A DNA stretch of 64,000 bases from Lepidodermella squamata (Eukaryota; Animalia; Gastrotricha). Shown here in pieces: positions 1 to 10,514 of the stretch (positions within the stretch are counted from its first letter, which is position 1; every line of letters starts with the position of its first letter). Position numbers and translations under genes: made by a program. Under the pieces are notes generated by a model. That model was not told where the DNA came from and did not search any database. It saw only the letters and a program-made list of their open reading frames with translations. The stretch covers positions 3,472,001 to 3,536,000 of the forward strand of contig JBLDXI010000001.1 of the NCBI GenBank assembly GCA_047495785.1, given 5' to 3'.

Positions 1-166
1 TCACTTAGGTGAGCAGAAGAAACAAGCGCCCATAACGTCTGGTTGAATGCTTGGATATTTATTTGTCAGTCTTTTCGCGTTACGAACATTAAACGTGAAA
101 AAGCAAGCGCGAAAACGACGTAACCAGATAAGCTGGGTTATAGCTATCAAAAGTCATTTATCATCA

Positions 167-1144
167 TTACTTGTTGACGATTTCCCTTATGTCGTTTTGG
201 GTGATCGCAAAATACAGCCAAGTAAAAGACCTCACTAAGTCTTTGCTACCCAGCGCTAAGCAGGCTCTGTCCTCAAGAGATACGTGCAAACGTTCGTGGT
301 GATAGCGAAGGTTGCTGATTATTGAAGACCTCCCAGATAAGGTAAAATGATCCAACTGATGCTTAATTTCAGTCAATTGCTTTGTCGCTATTTCGAGGAA
401 ATTTCCCCAGTCGAAATGACTGTTTAATGGAGAGGGTGCTGGAACGTAGTAGTTGAAGGTCACGTCGACGATATGAAAGATGTGCAAGTATTCTCCGGAG
501 AGCAGGAAGTCCAAGAACTCAGGCCGCTTCCTAGTCAGATGTTCATGTTTCCGTTCCATAACGGTGCGTTTGAACATATTCAAGTCACCTAGAATTTCGG
601 TAAAGTTCGATTCTGAATGGGCTTCTCGAATATATCCAGTTCCAATGTTCCACAGCGGACTAAATATGTTGGAACTTTTGTGCGAAATATCGCAATAGTT
701 ATAGCCGAAATTAGCCGCTTTGAGAGATCGGTGGTTACCCTGGTTAATGATAAAATGTGTTAGTTTTACAAATCGTGTGCAAGAACTAACCATGTGCCTG
801 AGCAAAGACCCAATTGACGAATAGTAATTGCACATTGACTCTAGCAGATTCTTATACACAACTTTGTCCCCCTTTTGAAATGCTGGATAACATTCAGCGC
901 TAGCGGTTGGGTTGCTTCGAGGCTCAAAGTTAAAGCAGCACTGAATTCTTTGCCAATCTCTTTCACTGAAATAATACAAGCAGATGATGGGGAGTCAGAT
1001 GAGTGGAAATTGAGCTTACGATATTTCGTCAAAGTCAACTTTCACGGATGGAATATTGCGTTCCTCTACTTCGTAAGCAGGCAGACAACCTCGACTTGAA
1101 ACAGCGAAAAGAGTAGCAACTGCGAATGTTAAAATGTGATGCAT
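167..1144 (-). CDS. Unknown secreted protein, tandem copy 1 (3 exons)
   Basis: Exon 1 reads MHHILTFAVATLFAVSSRGCLPAYEVEERNIPSVKVDFDEI, a signal-peptide-like start. A GTAAG..TTTCAG intron joins it to SERDWQRIQCC. A second, in-frame intron GTTAG..CCAG lies at ~740-790 and the stop is at 167. The same structure is conserved in two paralogs. Confidence 0.8.
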
Positions 1145-1589
1145 GCGAAGTTACAGTTACTTAGTTATTTTAAAGTTTTTGTTTTAACAAAGATTTGAGC
1201 AAATCGGGCATTATTTATAAGCCCTATTCCTATTCACTGACCGCCTTAGTCACTCACCAACGCACTTCATTAACGAAGTCTTCTAAATCTAAAAATATAC
1301 CTCATGGCTCTCGTCAGATAGCGTGAATGGCCGTTTGGCACGTTCTCTGAAAAGTCAGCTACCAAATTTACTCTACTCTCGCCACTTCAGGTGAGTTAAT
1401 ATGATCAAACATATGGTACTCCTGCTCAATTTCTGTTAAGAAGTGACGTCAAGCACGCGACGTCACTCGTACATACACTCACACGTGAATTATTTTTCGA
1501 ATTCACCGCACCTATTTGTAGATGCTGATGCAATATGATGAATCGATTGCAGAGTGAGAAAAATTAACTATAAGCTTCTGGGAAGAAAG

Positions 1590-1750
1590 AATGATGATGA
1601 ATGACTTTCGATAGCCATCGATAAGCTAATCTGGGTTATGTTTTCGCGCTTGCTTTTTCGCTCTTCGAATGTTCGGAACGCGGAAAGACTGACAAATAAA
1701 TATCCTAGCATATTCAACCTGACGCATATGAGCTTGCTGCTCGCCTAAAC
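1590..1750 (+). repeat. Inverted diverged copy of the 3' flank/UTR of copy 1 (bases ~1-167)
   Basis: ttttcgcgcttgctttttc...aaagactgacaaataaatatcc.agca..ttcaacc matches the reverse complement of bases 1-165. Confidence 0.8.
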
Positions 1751-2031
1751 GACTTCGCCAAGCAAGGAATACCTCACCTTGTTTTTGGATAGTTCAAGGT
1801 CATTCCTTCGCAACACAACGCAAAAGAAGTCCAGTCCACCGTAATTAACTGCTGTGAAATTTTGTAAAAATGTACCGGGTTCTTTGGGATCGGGGATACT
1901 TGAAGGATATTAGCGAATTTCATCGCAGAAGCATGTTTTATTTTTCGCGAATGACATACGAATCACAGACCAGGGACCGGATTTTTGACGCTGTGTAAAG
2001 TTTTCCAAGAGCTTTTAAAAAAATCGGGTTA

Positions 2032-2601
2032 CCGTATTTTCCGTAATAGCTTCAGGGGGCATTGTAATTTCAAAGCTTCGAAAAATGGGGGTTGTAAACG
2101 GGACGTGTTGCAATTGCGAGCACGCGACCTTATTGTTTCAAAGCAAGTTTTCAAGTGTTAAAATTGAGTAAAAAAATAGAATAATTGCTCATGTTTGAAC
2201 TAAAGTCAACAGCTTTTCATACAAATCGAGAACTTCATCGTTCGAGTGCGAGATTTCAGCCATTTTAATGCACATTTTCGAAAATTTGAAAGCTGAGTTT
2301 TTTCAAGTGATGTATGGTAGGAAATTGATAACTACTTTGGCAGTTTTCGTTGCTCAAATTCTCTCACTCAGCTATGTTTCGCTATTTTCTAAAAAACATT
2401 GTCATCAAATGCCCCCGAATGGAATTTCAAAAAATTGTGCGCAATTATTTTTAAATGCGATTCTCGAAGTTTGATTGAAAATTTAGGTCACGGGAAGCAT
2501 TGCGAGTATGGGGCTTTATTTTTTCAAAGGCCTTGAAAAGGGGGGTTGTAAACGGGACGGGCGGTAATAACGGGTATATGAAGCTATTACGGAAAATACG
2601 G
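2032..2601. mobile_element. Tc1/mariner/pogo-type MITE
   Basis: TIR CCGTATTTTCCGTAATAGCTTCA / TGAAGCTATTACGGAAAATACGG, flanked by TA on both sides, with no coding capacity. Confidence 0.85.
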
Positions 2602-2777
2602 TAACTTGAGTTTTCGCATGCCCGCAATTGAGAATCTGAGCTTCTCAATGTGGGACTGGGCACATTCGCGCAGTCTTAAGAAAATACCACATATCCTGAA
2701 TAAAGGCCGTATTCGACCAACAATTCAGTGCAATAATAAGTAATCGTGAATAATCGGCGATTAGCGGTCACGACTTA

Positions 2778-3115
2778 CCTTCAACTGGGGGGACTTAGGA
2801 CAGTGGGGTCACTTCGACATACCAAAATTGGGTGACTTCGGCGTGCCAAAAAGATGTGTACAACGCACACATCCAAGGACAACCCATCTGAGGACATATA
2901 ATAGCAGGTGCTGAAACTGTGTGGGAAAATTTCGAAAATTTATTTTTGTATCTAAACTTTGGTGACTGTCATTTTCAGACTGCATTTCCTCAAGGCTATC
3001 CAACGGTACCCCACTCTCGTGCGGTACTTGCCTTACCATCTTTTTGGTACGCAAAAGTCACCCCATTTTGATACGTCGAAGTGAACCCACTGCTCAAAGT
3101 CACCCCAGTTGACGG
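2778..3115. mobile_element. Tc1/mariner/pogo-type MITE with ~80-bp imperfect TIRs
   Basis: CC(T/G)TCAACTGGGG..GACTT..CAGTGGG.TCACTTCGAC..CCAAAAAGATG is mirrored at the right end, with TA flanks. Confidence 0.8.
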
Positions 3116-3239
3116 TATCGAGATAAATTCAAAAATAGGTAATTTTTACATCTTTGCAAATCTCGCAGGGTCAAAACATCAAGTAACAGATGACACAGAT
3201 ATCTAAGAGAGTAGGAGTATAAATCGTCGTCGGCGCGGC

Positions 3240-3890
3240 CAAAGGTAATATGTCCAAGAGTGTTAATTTTGAGATAAATCGAAAAATAGCTTCATTTGCG
3301 AAACTTTCAGTAAAATATGTCACTGAGTCGACAGGCACCGAGTCGGCGGTAAATGATCACGGCGGATCGAATGGCGCCGGCCATTTTTACCGGTGATGCA
3401 GCGTTTTCGCGCCATCGAGACTTGCGTTGGACATATTACTGTTTTCTACTTTTTTTGTTTTTGTGTTGTGGTGCTTTTATATGGGGCGGTTCGATTTCTC
3501 ATGCACACATCCATTTTTAAGCTATTTCATTTTTAAGCGTGAAGAAAGAGGATTAATCTTCACTTGGCATCAACATCAAGCCGCTGTGGTTCGATTCCTA
3601 ATGGCGACATCTATTTTTTCGGCGATTTTTACACCACCATTTTCCTCGCGATTGAGTGATTTTTTGCTGGGCATATTACTTTTCTTGCTCTCTTCAAACT
3701 CGAGCCATGGACATATTGCTGTTGATTCTGTCTACAAAGTGGCCTAGTAAAAAAGGCACGAAATCGGACATACCACTTTTGATGTCTGACGAATTTTGAG
3801 ATGCGGTTTTCAGAATAATAACCGGCGTTAATTTCTGAGGCCGAAACCGTAAAAATCTCAATTTCGATTTTGGATCGACATATTACTTTT
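3240..3890. repeat. Degenerate region with a recurrent GACATATTAC motif in both orientations (probable TE remnant)
   Basis: The motif occurs at ~3430, 3670, 3710 and 3877, and inverted at ~3245 and 3310. Confidence 0.4.
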
Positions 3891-4240
3891 GGTCGCGCCG
3901 AAGAAATCGTCCACGCTCGTTTGAATAACGTATCCGTTTCAGCGTGGCCATTCAAGGACCCAAAAAGTCCATAAAAAATCGACTTTGGATGCGATTCATC
4001 ATTTATTTTTTAAATTCAATTTCTAACATTAACAATTTATTAAACATCGGTTGATCATGGGCCCGAAAAAATTCAGGTATATGCATTGCGCAATAGATTT
4101 GGGCCGATCGATAATACCAATCGATGGCGCTTATCGACGTCACTAATCCAATATTCAATTCGTAAACTCAAATCTACCTTCATAAATAACTTCAAAATTT
4201 ATTAGCATAGTACAGCTTTAAAATCGAGAAAAAAGCTAGA

Positions 4241-4275
4241 TCCTTGGCAGGGAATCGAACCCTGGTCTCCCGTGA
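4241..4275 (-). pseudogene. 3' half of a tRNA-Asp-like gene
   Basis: The reverse complement TCACGGGAGACCAGGGTTCGATTCCCTGCCAAGGA resembles the tRNA-Asp 3' half including the T-loop. A T-run follows and the 5' half is missing. Confidence 0.6.
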
Positions 4276-4321
4276 GCAGTTAATCGCAGTTTCTGGGGTT
4301 CGAGTCTCCCGAAGGGCGCCA
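4276..4321 (+). pseudogene. 3' half of a tRNA (Asn/Lys-like)
   Basis: GTTAATCGCAGTTTCTGGGGTTCGAGTCTCCCGAAGGGCG contains a B-box (GTTCGAGT) and is followed by TTTT. Confidence 0.5.
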
Positions 4322-4396
4322 GCTTTTCAAAAACTTACTGCTAGTTTTACGTTAGTGTTTAGAATGCCTTTGTTATAAATATTGACTCAAATACAT

Positions 4397-4469
4397 GGGG
4401 CATTAGCTCAAATGGTAGAGCGGTCACTTAACATACGAGAGGCAACGAGATCGGCACCCGTATCCAACA
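4397..4469 (+). pseudogene. tRNA-Ala(AGC)-derived pseudogene (anticodon now AAC)
   Basis: GGGGCATTAGCTCAAATGGTAGAGCG...TTAACAT...GAGAGG...ATCGGCACCCG follows the tRNA-Ala layout, with broken stems and a mutated T-loop. Confidence 0.65.
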
Positions 4470-4531
4470 AAAGATTTTTTCTTCTGCTTTGGCAGCTTAA
4501 ATTTGGGATTGAATGGCCATCTAAGCCAAAA

Positions 4532-4601
4532 GGCTAAGTAGCTTAGTGATACAGTGTCTGCCCAGTTAGCGGAAGATTGAAGGTTCGATCCCCCTGAGCC
4601 T
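4532..4601 (+). pseudogene. Degenerate tRNA-Thr(AGT)-like gene
   Basis: It has an A-box TAGCTTAGTG, an anticodon arm TCTGC-CCAGTTA-GCGGA, a B-box GGTTCGATCC and GGCT../..AGCC ends. Confidence 0.5.
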
Positions 4602-4662
4602 TGCTCGATTTTTTGCGATAAGCAGTGTGATTTTTTCAAAAAACTCATTTCAAAGCAAAACT

Positions 4663-4734
4663 TTCCCTGACCGGGAATCGAACCCGGGCCGCCGCGGTGA
4701 AAGCGCGGAATCCTAACCACTAGACCATCAGGGA
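4663..4734 (-). tRNA. tRNA-Glu(TTC)
   Basis: TCCCTGATGGTCTAGTGGTTAGGATTCCGCGCTTTCACCGCGGCGGCCCGGGTTCGATTCCCGGTCAGGGAA forms a full cloverleaf with a TTTT terminator. Confidence 0.95.
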
Positions 4735-4841
4735 GATATGAAATTACATGCCTGGATTATGTGATAAATTTTCAATAGCTTGTTGAAAGTTGAAATTCAA
4801 ATGAAGAAAAATCGAGTGGGCCAAAGGCAGCGCAAAAGGTA

Positions 4842-4914
4842 CGCCGAGACCCGGGATCGAACCAGGGACCTTTAGATCTTCAGTCTAACGCTCTCCCAAC
4901 TGAGCTATCTCGGC
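4842..4914 (-). tRNA. tRNA-Phe(GAA)
   Basis: GCCGAGATAGCTCAGTTGGGAGAGCGTTAGACTGAAGATCTAAAGGTCCCTGGTTCGATCCCGGGTCTCGGCG has TTTT downstream. Confidence 0.95.
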
Positions 4915-5742
4915 TAGATGGTCACTTTCCGCTACATTTCATATTTCATATTTTTTTTTCATATTTCGCAGAAAAAAATTAAACCAACCCCTCGAACCAT
5001 GTCGCGTGCTCTTTGAACCAACCAATCACAGACTTGAAACCACCCGACCAATCAGATTATTGTGGATTCACTGGTTCCACTAAGATAATTCATCTTGGGA
5101 AAAGAGTTTAAGTTGACAATTAATTATTCATCTTGTAGATGTCATCTTCTTGGCCTGCGACTTATTTTCCACTGCCGGGGTGAAATAATTCTGAGCAGAT
5201 CATGGCTTTCTCGACTTTTCTGTCCTACAGCCGAATTTATTTCAACAATATTCAATGGACGTGCAGATAAATCTTTATTTCCTCGATCGATTTGATCAAT
5301 CGCCTCGATCTCTAGTCTTCATGCTAAATAATTGTTGCTGCTTTTTTCGAAAAGCCGATAACTGTGAAATTTGTTGAAGTAGAAGAAACTAATAAGATTC
5401 GTACGTTTTTTTTCCGGAATGATTCAGCGAAAATTGACTAAGACCGACAATAAATCGATAAAATAATGGTCGTGATTTGAAAAAATGATGTTAACATTGA
5501 AATTTACACGGCAAGTCAAAGCTTAGTCTGCAAAAAGAGAGCTGCTCGTTTTATTAATACAAAATTTATAAAAAAGCCATGATTAGACTTTGGGCGCGCC
5601 AAATAATTTTATGATGGCAGCTATTGCGTGCAGTGATATAATTCAGACATCGATATTCAAGTCAAGATAAAAGTTAGCTAGAGTATAGGTATTGGAGTGA
5701 GTTTTATCGTCATTCGCAATAAATGATATGTGAAGTCATTCC

Positions 5743-6734
5743 TCACCATCCCTTATTGACAATTTCCCTTATGTCGCTTCGGGTGGTCGCAAAATACAGC
5801 CAAGTAAAAGAACTCAGCAGGTCTTTGCTAGCTATCGCTAAGCAAGCTCTATCCTCAAGAGATACGTACAGGCGTTCCTGGTGATAACGAAAGTTGCTGA
5901 TTAGCATTGACCTATCAGAAGGAGTGAAATAATCCAATTCATGCCTAATTTCAGTGAGTTGCTTTGTCGCTATTTCGAGGAAATTTGCCCAGTCGAAATG
6001 ACTGTTTAATGGAGAGGGTGCTGGAACGTAGTAGTTGAAGGTCACGTCGACGATATGAAAGATGTGCAAGTATTCTCCGGAGAGCAGGAAGTCCAAGAGC
6101 TCGGACCGCCTCCTTGTCAGATGTTCATGTTTCCATTCCATCACGGTGCGTTTGAACATATTCAAGTCACCTAGAATTTCGGTAAAGTTCGATTCGGAAT
6201 GGGCTTCTCGAATATATCCAGTTCCAATGTTCCACAGCGGACTAAATATGTTGGAACTTTTGTGCGAGATATCGCAATAGTTATAGCCGAAATTAGTCGC
6301 TTTGAGAGATGGGTGGTTACCCTTGCGAATGAAAGGTGTTGTTGTTTAAAGCAATCGTAAGCGCGAACAAGAGCTTACCACATGACTCACCATCAACCCA
6401 ATTGACGAATAGTAATTGCACATTGACTCTAGCAGATTCTTATACACAACTTTGTCCCCCTTTTGAAATGCTGGATAACATTCAGCGCTAGCGGTTGGGT
6501 TGCTTCGAGGCTCAAAGTCAAAGCAGCACTGAATTCTTTGCCAATCTCTTTCACTGAAATTTAATTAGCTGCTGCGATGAGGAGTCAGATGAGTTGAAAT
6601 CAAGCTTACGATATTTCCTCGAAGTCAACTTCCACGGATGGAATATTGCGTTCCTCTACTTCGTAAGCCGGCAGACAACATCGGCTAGCAACAATGAAAA
6701 GAGAAGCAACTGTAAATTTCAAAATTTGATGCAT
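5743..6734 (-). CDS. Unknown secreted protein, tandem copy 2 (3 exons)
   Basis: Start MHQILKFTVASLFIVASRCCLPAY. It has the same two intron positions (GTAAG..CAG; GTAAG..CAAG), an intact frame across both junctions, and ends VNKGW*. Confidence 0.8.
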
Positions 6735-7846
6735 GGGGAAAGTCATAGCGTATTATTTCAAGGTACTTTCTCAAGGAAGATTTAAAGAAATTGCTGGGCT
6801 TTTCTGGGACGTGGGTATTTATAAAATAGTCATTGAAACATGACTAAATTCACAATTTAAGATGATTCATTCAAATGGCTAATCTAAGTAACTCGCGGCT
6901 TAGAGTATGTGAACGGGCGTTTGATACGTTTTCAGTTGAGTCAGCTACCACATTTACTCAGCTCTCGTCACAACACGTCGAGTTGATACGATAAAACATG
7001 TGCTACTTGTTAAAAAAAATGCTGTTAAATGCTGTTTAAAAAATCTAAAAAGTTGTTTAACTTCGGATTTTTTCGCCAAAACGGTAAGTCGTATTTAGGC
7101 GTTTCATTTTGGCTATAGATACATCGACCTATGCTCTAATACCAGCCGTAAGGGCAACTGTGGCTTCTGCAAGTGAGAAGAGCGGTAGAGTGTGTTTTTT
7201 TCCTAATTTTTGTCGTAGATTGTTATTAAAAATGTCCATCGTGCGCGCATGATTCATCGTAGCTGTGTGAGCGACTCAAACAATTCAAAGTGAGGAACAT
7301 TTTCGCCGATTCTCGCGATTTTGCAAGTATAACGTCGATATTTTTTGATCAGCTGATATTTCGCCCTGATTCAAAAGTCTGAAACTTTTACAGAGTGTAG
7401 ACGGAGGTGTGATATGATCATGAGCCGCCGGGCGGCGGAAAATTCGACTTACCATTTTGGCAAAAAAATTCCAAAGGTGGACAACTTTTTAGATCTTTTT
7501 TAACAACGCATCCATACGGCTTCCATACAGCCGGGCTGAGCAACAAATTTCAACTTTTGACGCTATGAAAATAATTCAACCAAGTAAGGAATCTAGGCAA
7601 TAAGATGCCCCTGACTTAAGACTGAGGTCTTGCGCAGGGTTTGTCATGTCGGCTATGCAATAAGAGTGAGAAGTGAGGCTTGAAAAAATGCCAAATTTTC
7701 GATTACGAAAATGCACGAGCGTTCAACTATTGGTCACAGCTGACGCCGAATTTCGGAACAATGCTCATGCAGGAGTTTCTAGTTTCTTATCTTTTCTCAC
7801 TTATTATTTATCTATGGTTAGCCCACAATTAATTATTCATCTGGTA

Positions 7847-8571
7847 CCGTAACGCTGGTTAATTTTGGACAGGCTAAATTTGGACATTACGCCTTATTAG
7901 CTGAATTGTGCTCGATCGGGAAGGTGAATAAAACTATCGGTAAAAATCCTCAGATTCCTTGAGAGTTGGGCTTTCCAACGGTACTAAATACGAGGTCTAC
8001 TGGAAGTTACCTGTCTTCGACAAAAATTGAAAAGGTAGGATGTCTCTAAACGTCGATTTGGGACCCTCTAATTCCCAGTCAATCTGAATATATCTCGGCT
8101 TGAAATTTTTACCAGGAGCAACTGACACCATGAACTCTCGACTGGCAAAAAAAACTTGACATTTGTCGACGGGAATTCTGTACAGGTGACCTCAACGTTT
8201 AGGCCTCACGTGGGGCAATTTTGGACATGATAAATGCGTTGCGATAAAAATAGCGGGAAAAAAATTTGAATAGAGTTTGGATGACGTCATCAGTTTCTTG
8301 GCACCATGCGTGCATTTTTTCGGAACTTCAATGCAAGTTTCAAGTTCTGCACGCATCCCGACAATTGTGAATATGCTAATGAGGTGTCCAAATTTAGCCT
8401 GACCACGCACCATTTTTATAAAATCAAGGTAGCATGGGAAAATTACCAAATTTTGCACAGAAATGTGAAGTGGGCCCCCCTTATGCCCTGAAATTTTCAC
8501 GTGTGTATAATTTTTTCCTGGTTTTCTAGAGCTGAAAACCATGTTTTTGTCCGAAATAACTACGCTTACGG
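7847..8571. mobile_element. TA-flanked MITE (Tc1/mariner-type)
   Basis: Imperfect TIR CCGTAA..GTTAATTTTGGACA / TGTCCGAAATAAC..TTACGG with TA flanks. A paralogous empty site lies at ~5120-5146 (aattattcatcttgtagatgtcatc). Confidence 0.75.
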
Positions 8572-8746
8572 TATGTCATCTGAGATGATCACGGCTCCTC
8601 GCCTGTGATGTTCTACAATATTCGATGGAGATAAAGAGAAACATTCATTTGATCAAATCGATTGCCAGCCTTCGCATGCTTCATGCTAAATATTTGCTGT
8701 TTCGTCGTTCGTCGAAGAAAATACCCGAGTATAATAAGCCGACAAC

Positions 8747-8802
8747 TGTGTAACGTTTTGTGTAACGTTTTGTGTTACGCTTTGTGTAACGTTTTGTAAC
8801 GT
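8747..8802. repeat. Short tandem repeat (TGTGTAACGTTT-like, ~5 units)
   Basis: Directly visible, and absent from the paralogous segment at ~5360. Confidence 0.8.
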
Positions 8803-9153
8803 AAGTAAGAGAAACGAATCGTAAACTTTTTTGCCAGGAAGGTTGAGCGAAAACTGACTATTGACTTAAGTTTCGTGATTTAAAAATTATATGTTGTAAC
8901 ATTAACATTAAATTTCAACGGTAATACACAGCTGAGTCTGGAAAAGACAGCTGAACTTTTTATTATTACAAAAAATATAAAGCACCTTGTGTCCCCTGTC
9001 ACGGTTGCACTTTGCCCCAATTAATGATGGTAGTTATTGCATGTTGTGATATAATGCAGAAATCGAAATAGAAGTCAAGGTATAAGTTAGTTAGAGTAGT
9101 AATTTTTAGCATTTTTTAGCGTCTTTCGGTATAAGCATTTATTTAAATCATAA

Positions 9154-10139
9154 TCACCATTCCTTGTTGACGATTTCTTTTATGTCGTTTTGGATGATTG
9201 CGAAATACAGCCAAGATAGAGATCGCAGTAAGTCTTTGCTGCCTAGGGCTAAGCAGGCTCTATCCTCGAAATTTACGTGAGAACGTTCCTGGTGGTAGCA
9301 ATGGTTGATGATTAGTGAAGACCTCCCAGATGGGGTAAAATGATCCAACTGATGCTTAATTTCAGTCAATTGCTTTGTCGCTATTTCGAGGAAAGTTGCC
9401 CAGTCGAAATGACTGTTTAATTGAGAGGGTGCTGGAACGTAGTAGTTGAAGGTCACGTCGACGATATGAAAGATGTGCAAGTATTCTCCGGAGAGCAGGA
9501 AGTCCAAGAGCTCGGACCGCCTCCTTGTCAGATGTTCATGTTTCCATTCCATCACGGTGCGTTTGAACATATTCAAGTCACCTAGAATTTCGGTAAAGTT
9601 CGATTCGGAATGGGCTTCTCGAATATATCCAGTTCCAATGTTCCACAGCGGACTAAATATGTTGGAACTTTTGTGCGAGATATCGCAATAGTTATAGCCA
9701 AGGTTTGTCACTTTGAGAGCTTGGTGGTTGCCCTGGTATGAAATGTTTAGTTTATGCAATCAAAAGAGTGAACAAGAGCTAACCATGTGTTTGACTATCT
9801 GCCCAACCGATGAATAATAATTGCACATTGACTCTAGTAGATTCTTATACACGAATTTGTCGCCTTTTAGAGAGGCAGGATAGCACTGGTCGCTTGCAGT
9901 TGTGTTCTTTTGAGGCTCGAATTTAAAACAGCAATAAACGCGTTGCCAATCTGTTTCACTGAAACAAAATAAGTTATTAATGAGGAGTCAGATATGAGAG
10001 GAAATCGAGCTTACGATGTCTCGTCAAAGTCAACGCTCACAGATGGAATATTGCTGTCCTCTAATTCGTAAGCAGGCAGGCAACCCCGGCTTGAAACAGC
10101 GAAAAGAGCAGCAACTGCGAATATTAAAATATGATCCAT
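9154..10139 (-). CDS. Unknown secreted protein, tandem copy 3 (3 exons)
   Basis: Start MDHILIFAVAALFAVSSRGCLPAY. It has the same intron positions, an intact frame, and ends VNKEW*. Confidence 0.8.
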
Positions 10140-10247
10140 GCCAAGTTATAGCTTCAACGAATCAATTTTTCAACGAAGGTTTGATGAAGAGGCATATTTT
10201 TTACTCCATTTATACAAGAGTTATTTTAAAATGACTACATGGACCTT

Positions 10248-10514
10248 CAGGGGCGTAACCAGAAATTTTCTTTGGTAGTTGTTATGGATCCGAGAGTGAA
10301 AGTTGCCGATTTCCTAGGAAATATTGAAAAAATCGGGATTTCGAGTGAAGCGAGAAATGTTGTTGGCAATTGTGCAAACATTTCCTCCACGTTATACGAT
10401 TATCTCCACGGTAAGCAATTTTAGCAATTTTCTACAGATAAGAGGCCGAAGAGGGGTTTTTGGGTTTTCATTTTGGTAGTTGTTTGAACAACCAAAACAC
10501 TGGTTACGCCCCTG
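10248..10514. mobile_element. hAT-type MITE
   Basis: Perfect 15-bp TIR CAGGGGCGTAACCAG / CTGGTTACGCCCCTG, with an 8-bp TSD TGGACCTT at 10240-10247 and 10515-10522. Confidence 0.9.

Noticed and set aside
1535-1600. Box C-like ATGATGA suggesting a snoRNA (also at ~10893)
   Set aside because: There is no terminal CTGA box D or closing stem. It is better explained as part of the duplicated unit.
4424-4720. 98-aa ORF
   Set aside because: It is a spurious translation through tRNA-Glu and tRNA pseudogenes.
8747-8802. Repeat array as a CRISPR
   Set aside because: There are no spacers or cas genes and the context is eukaryotic.
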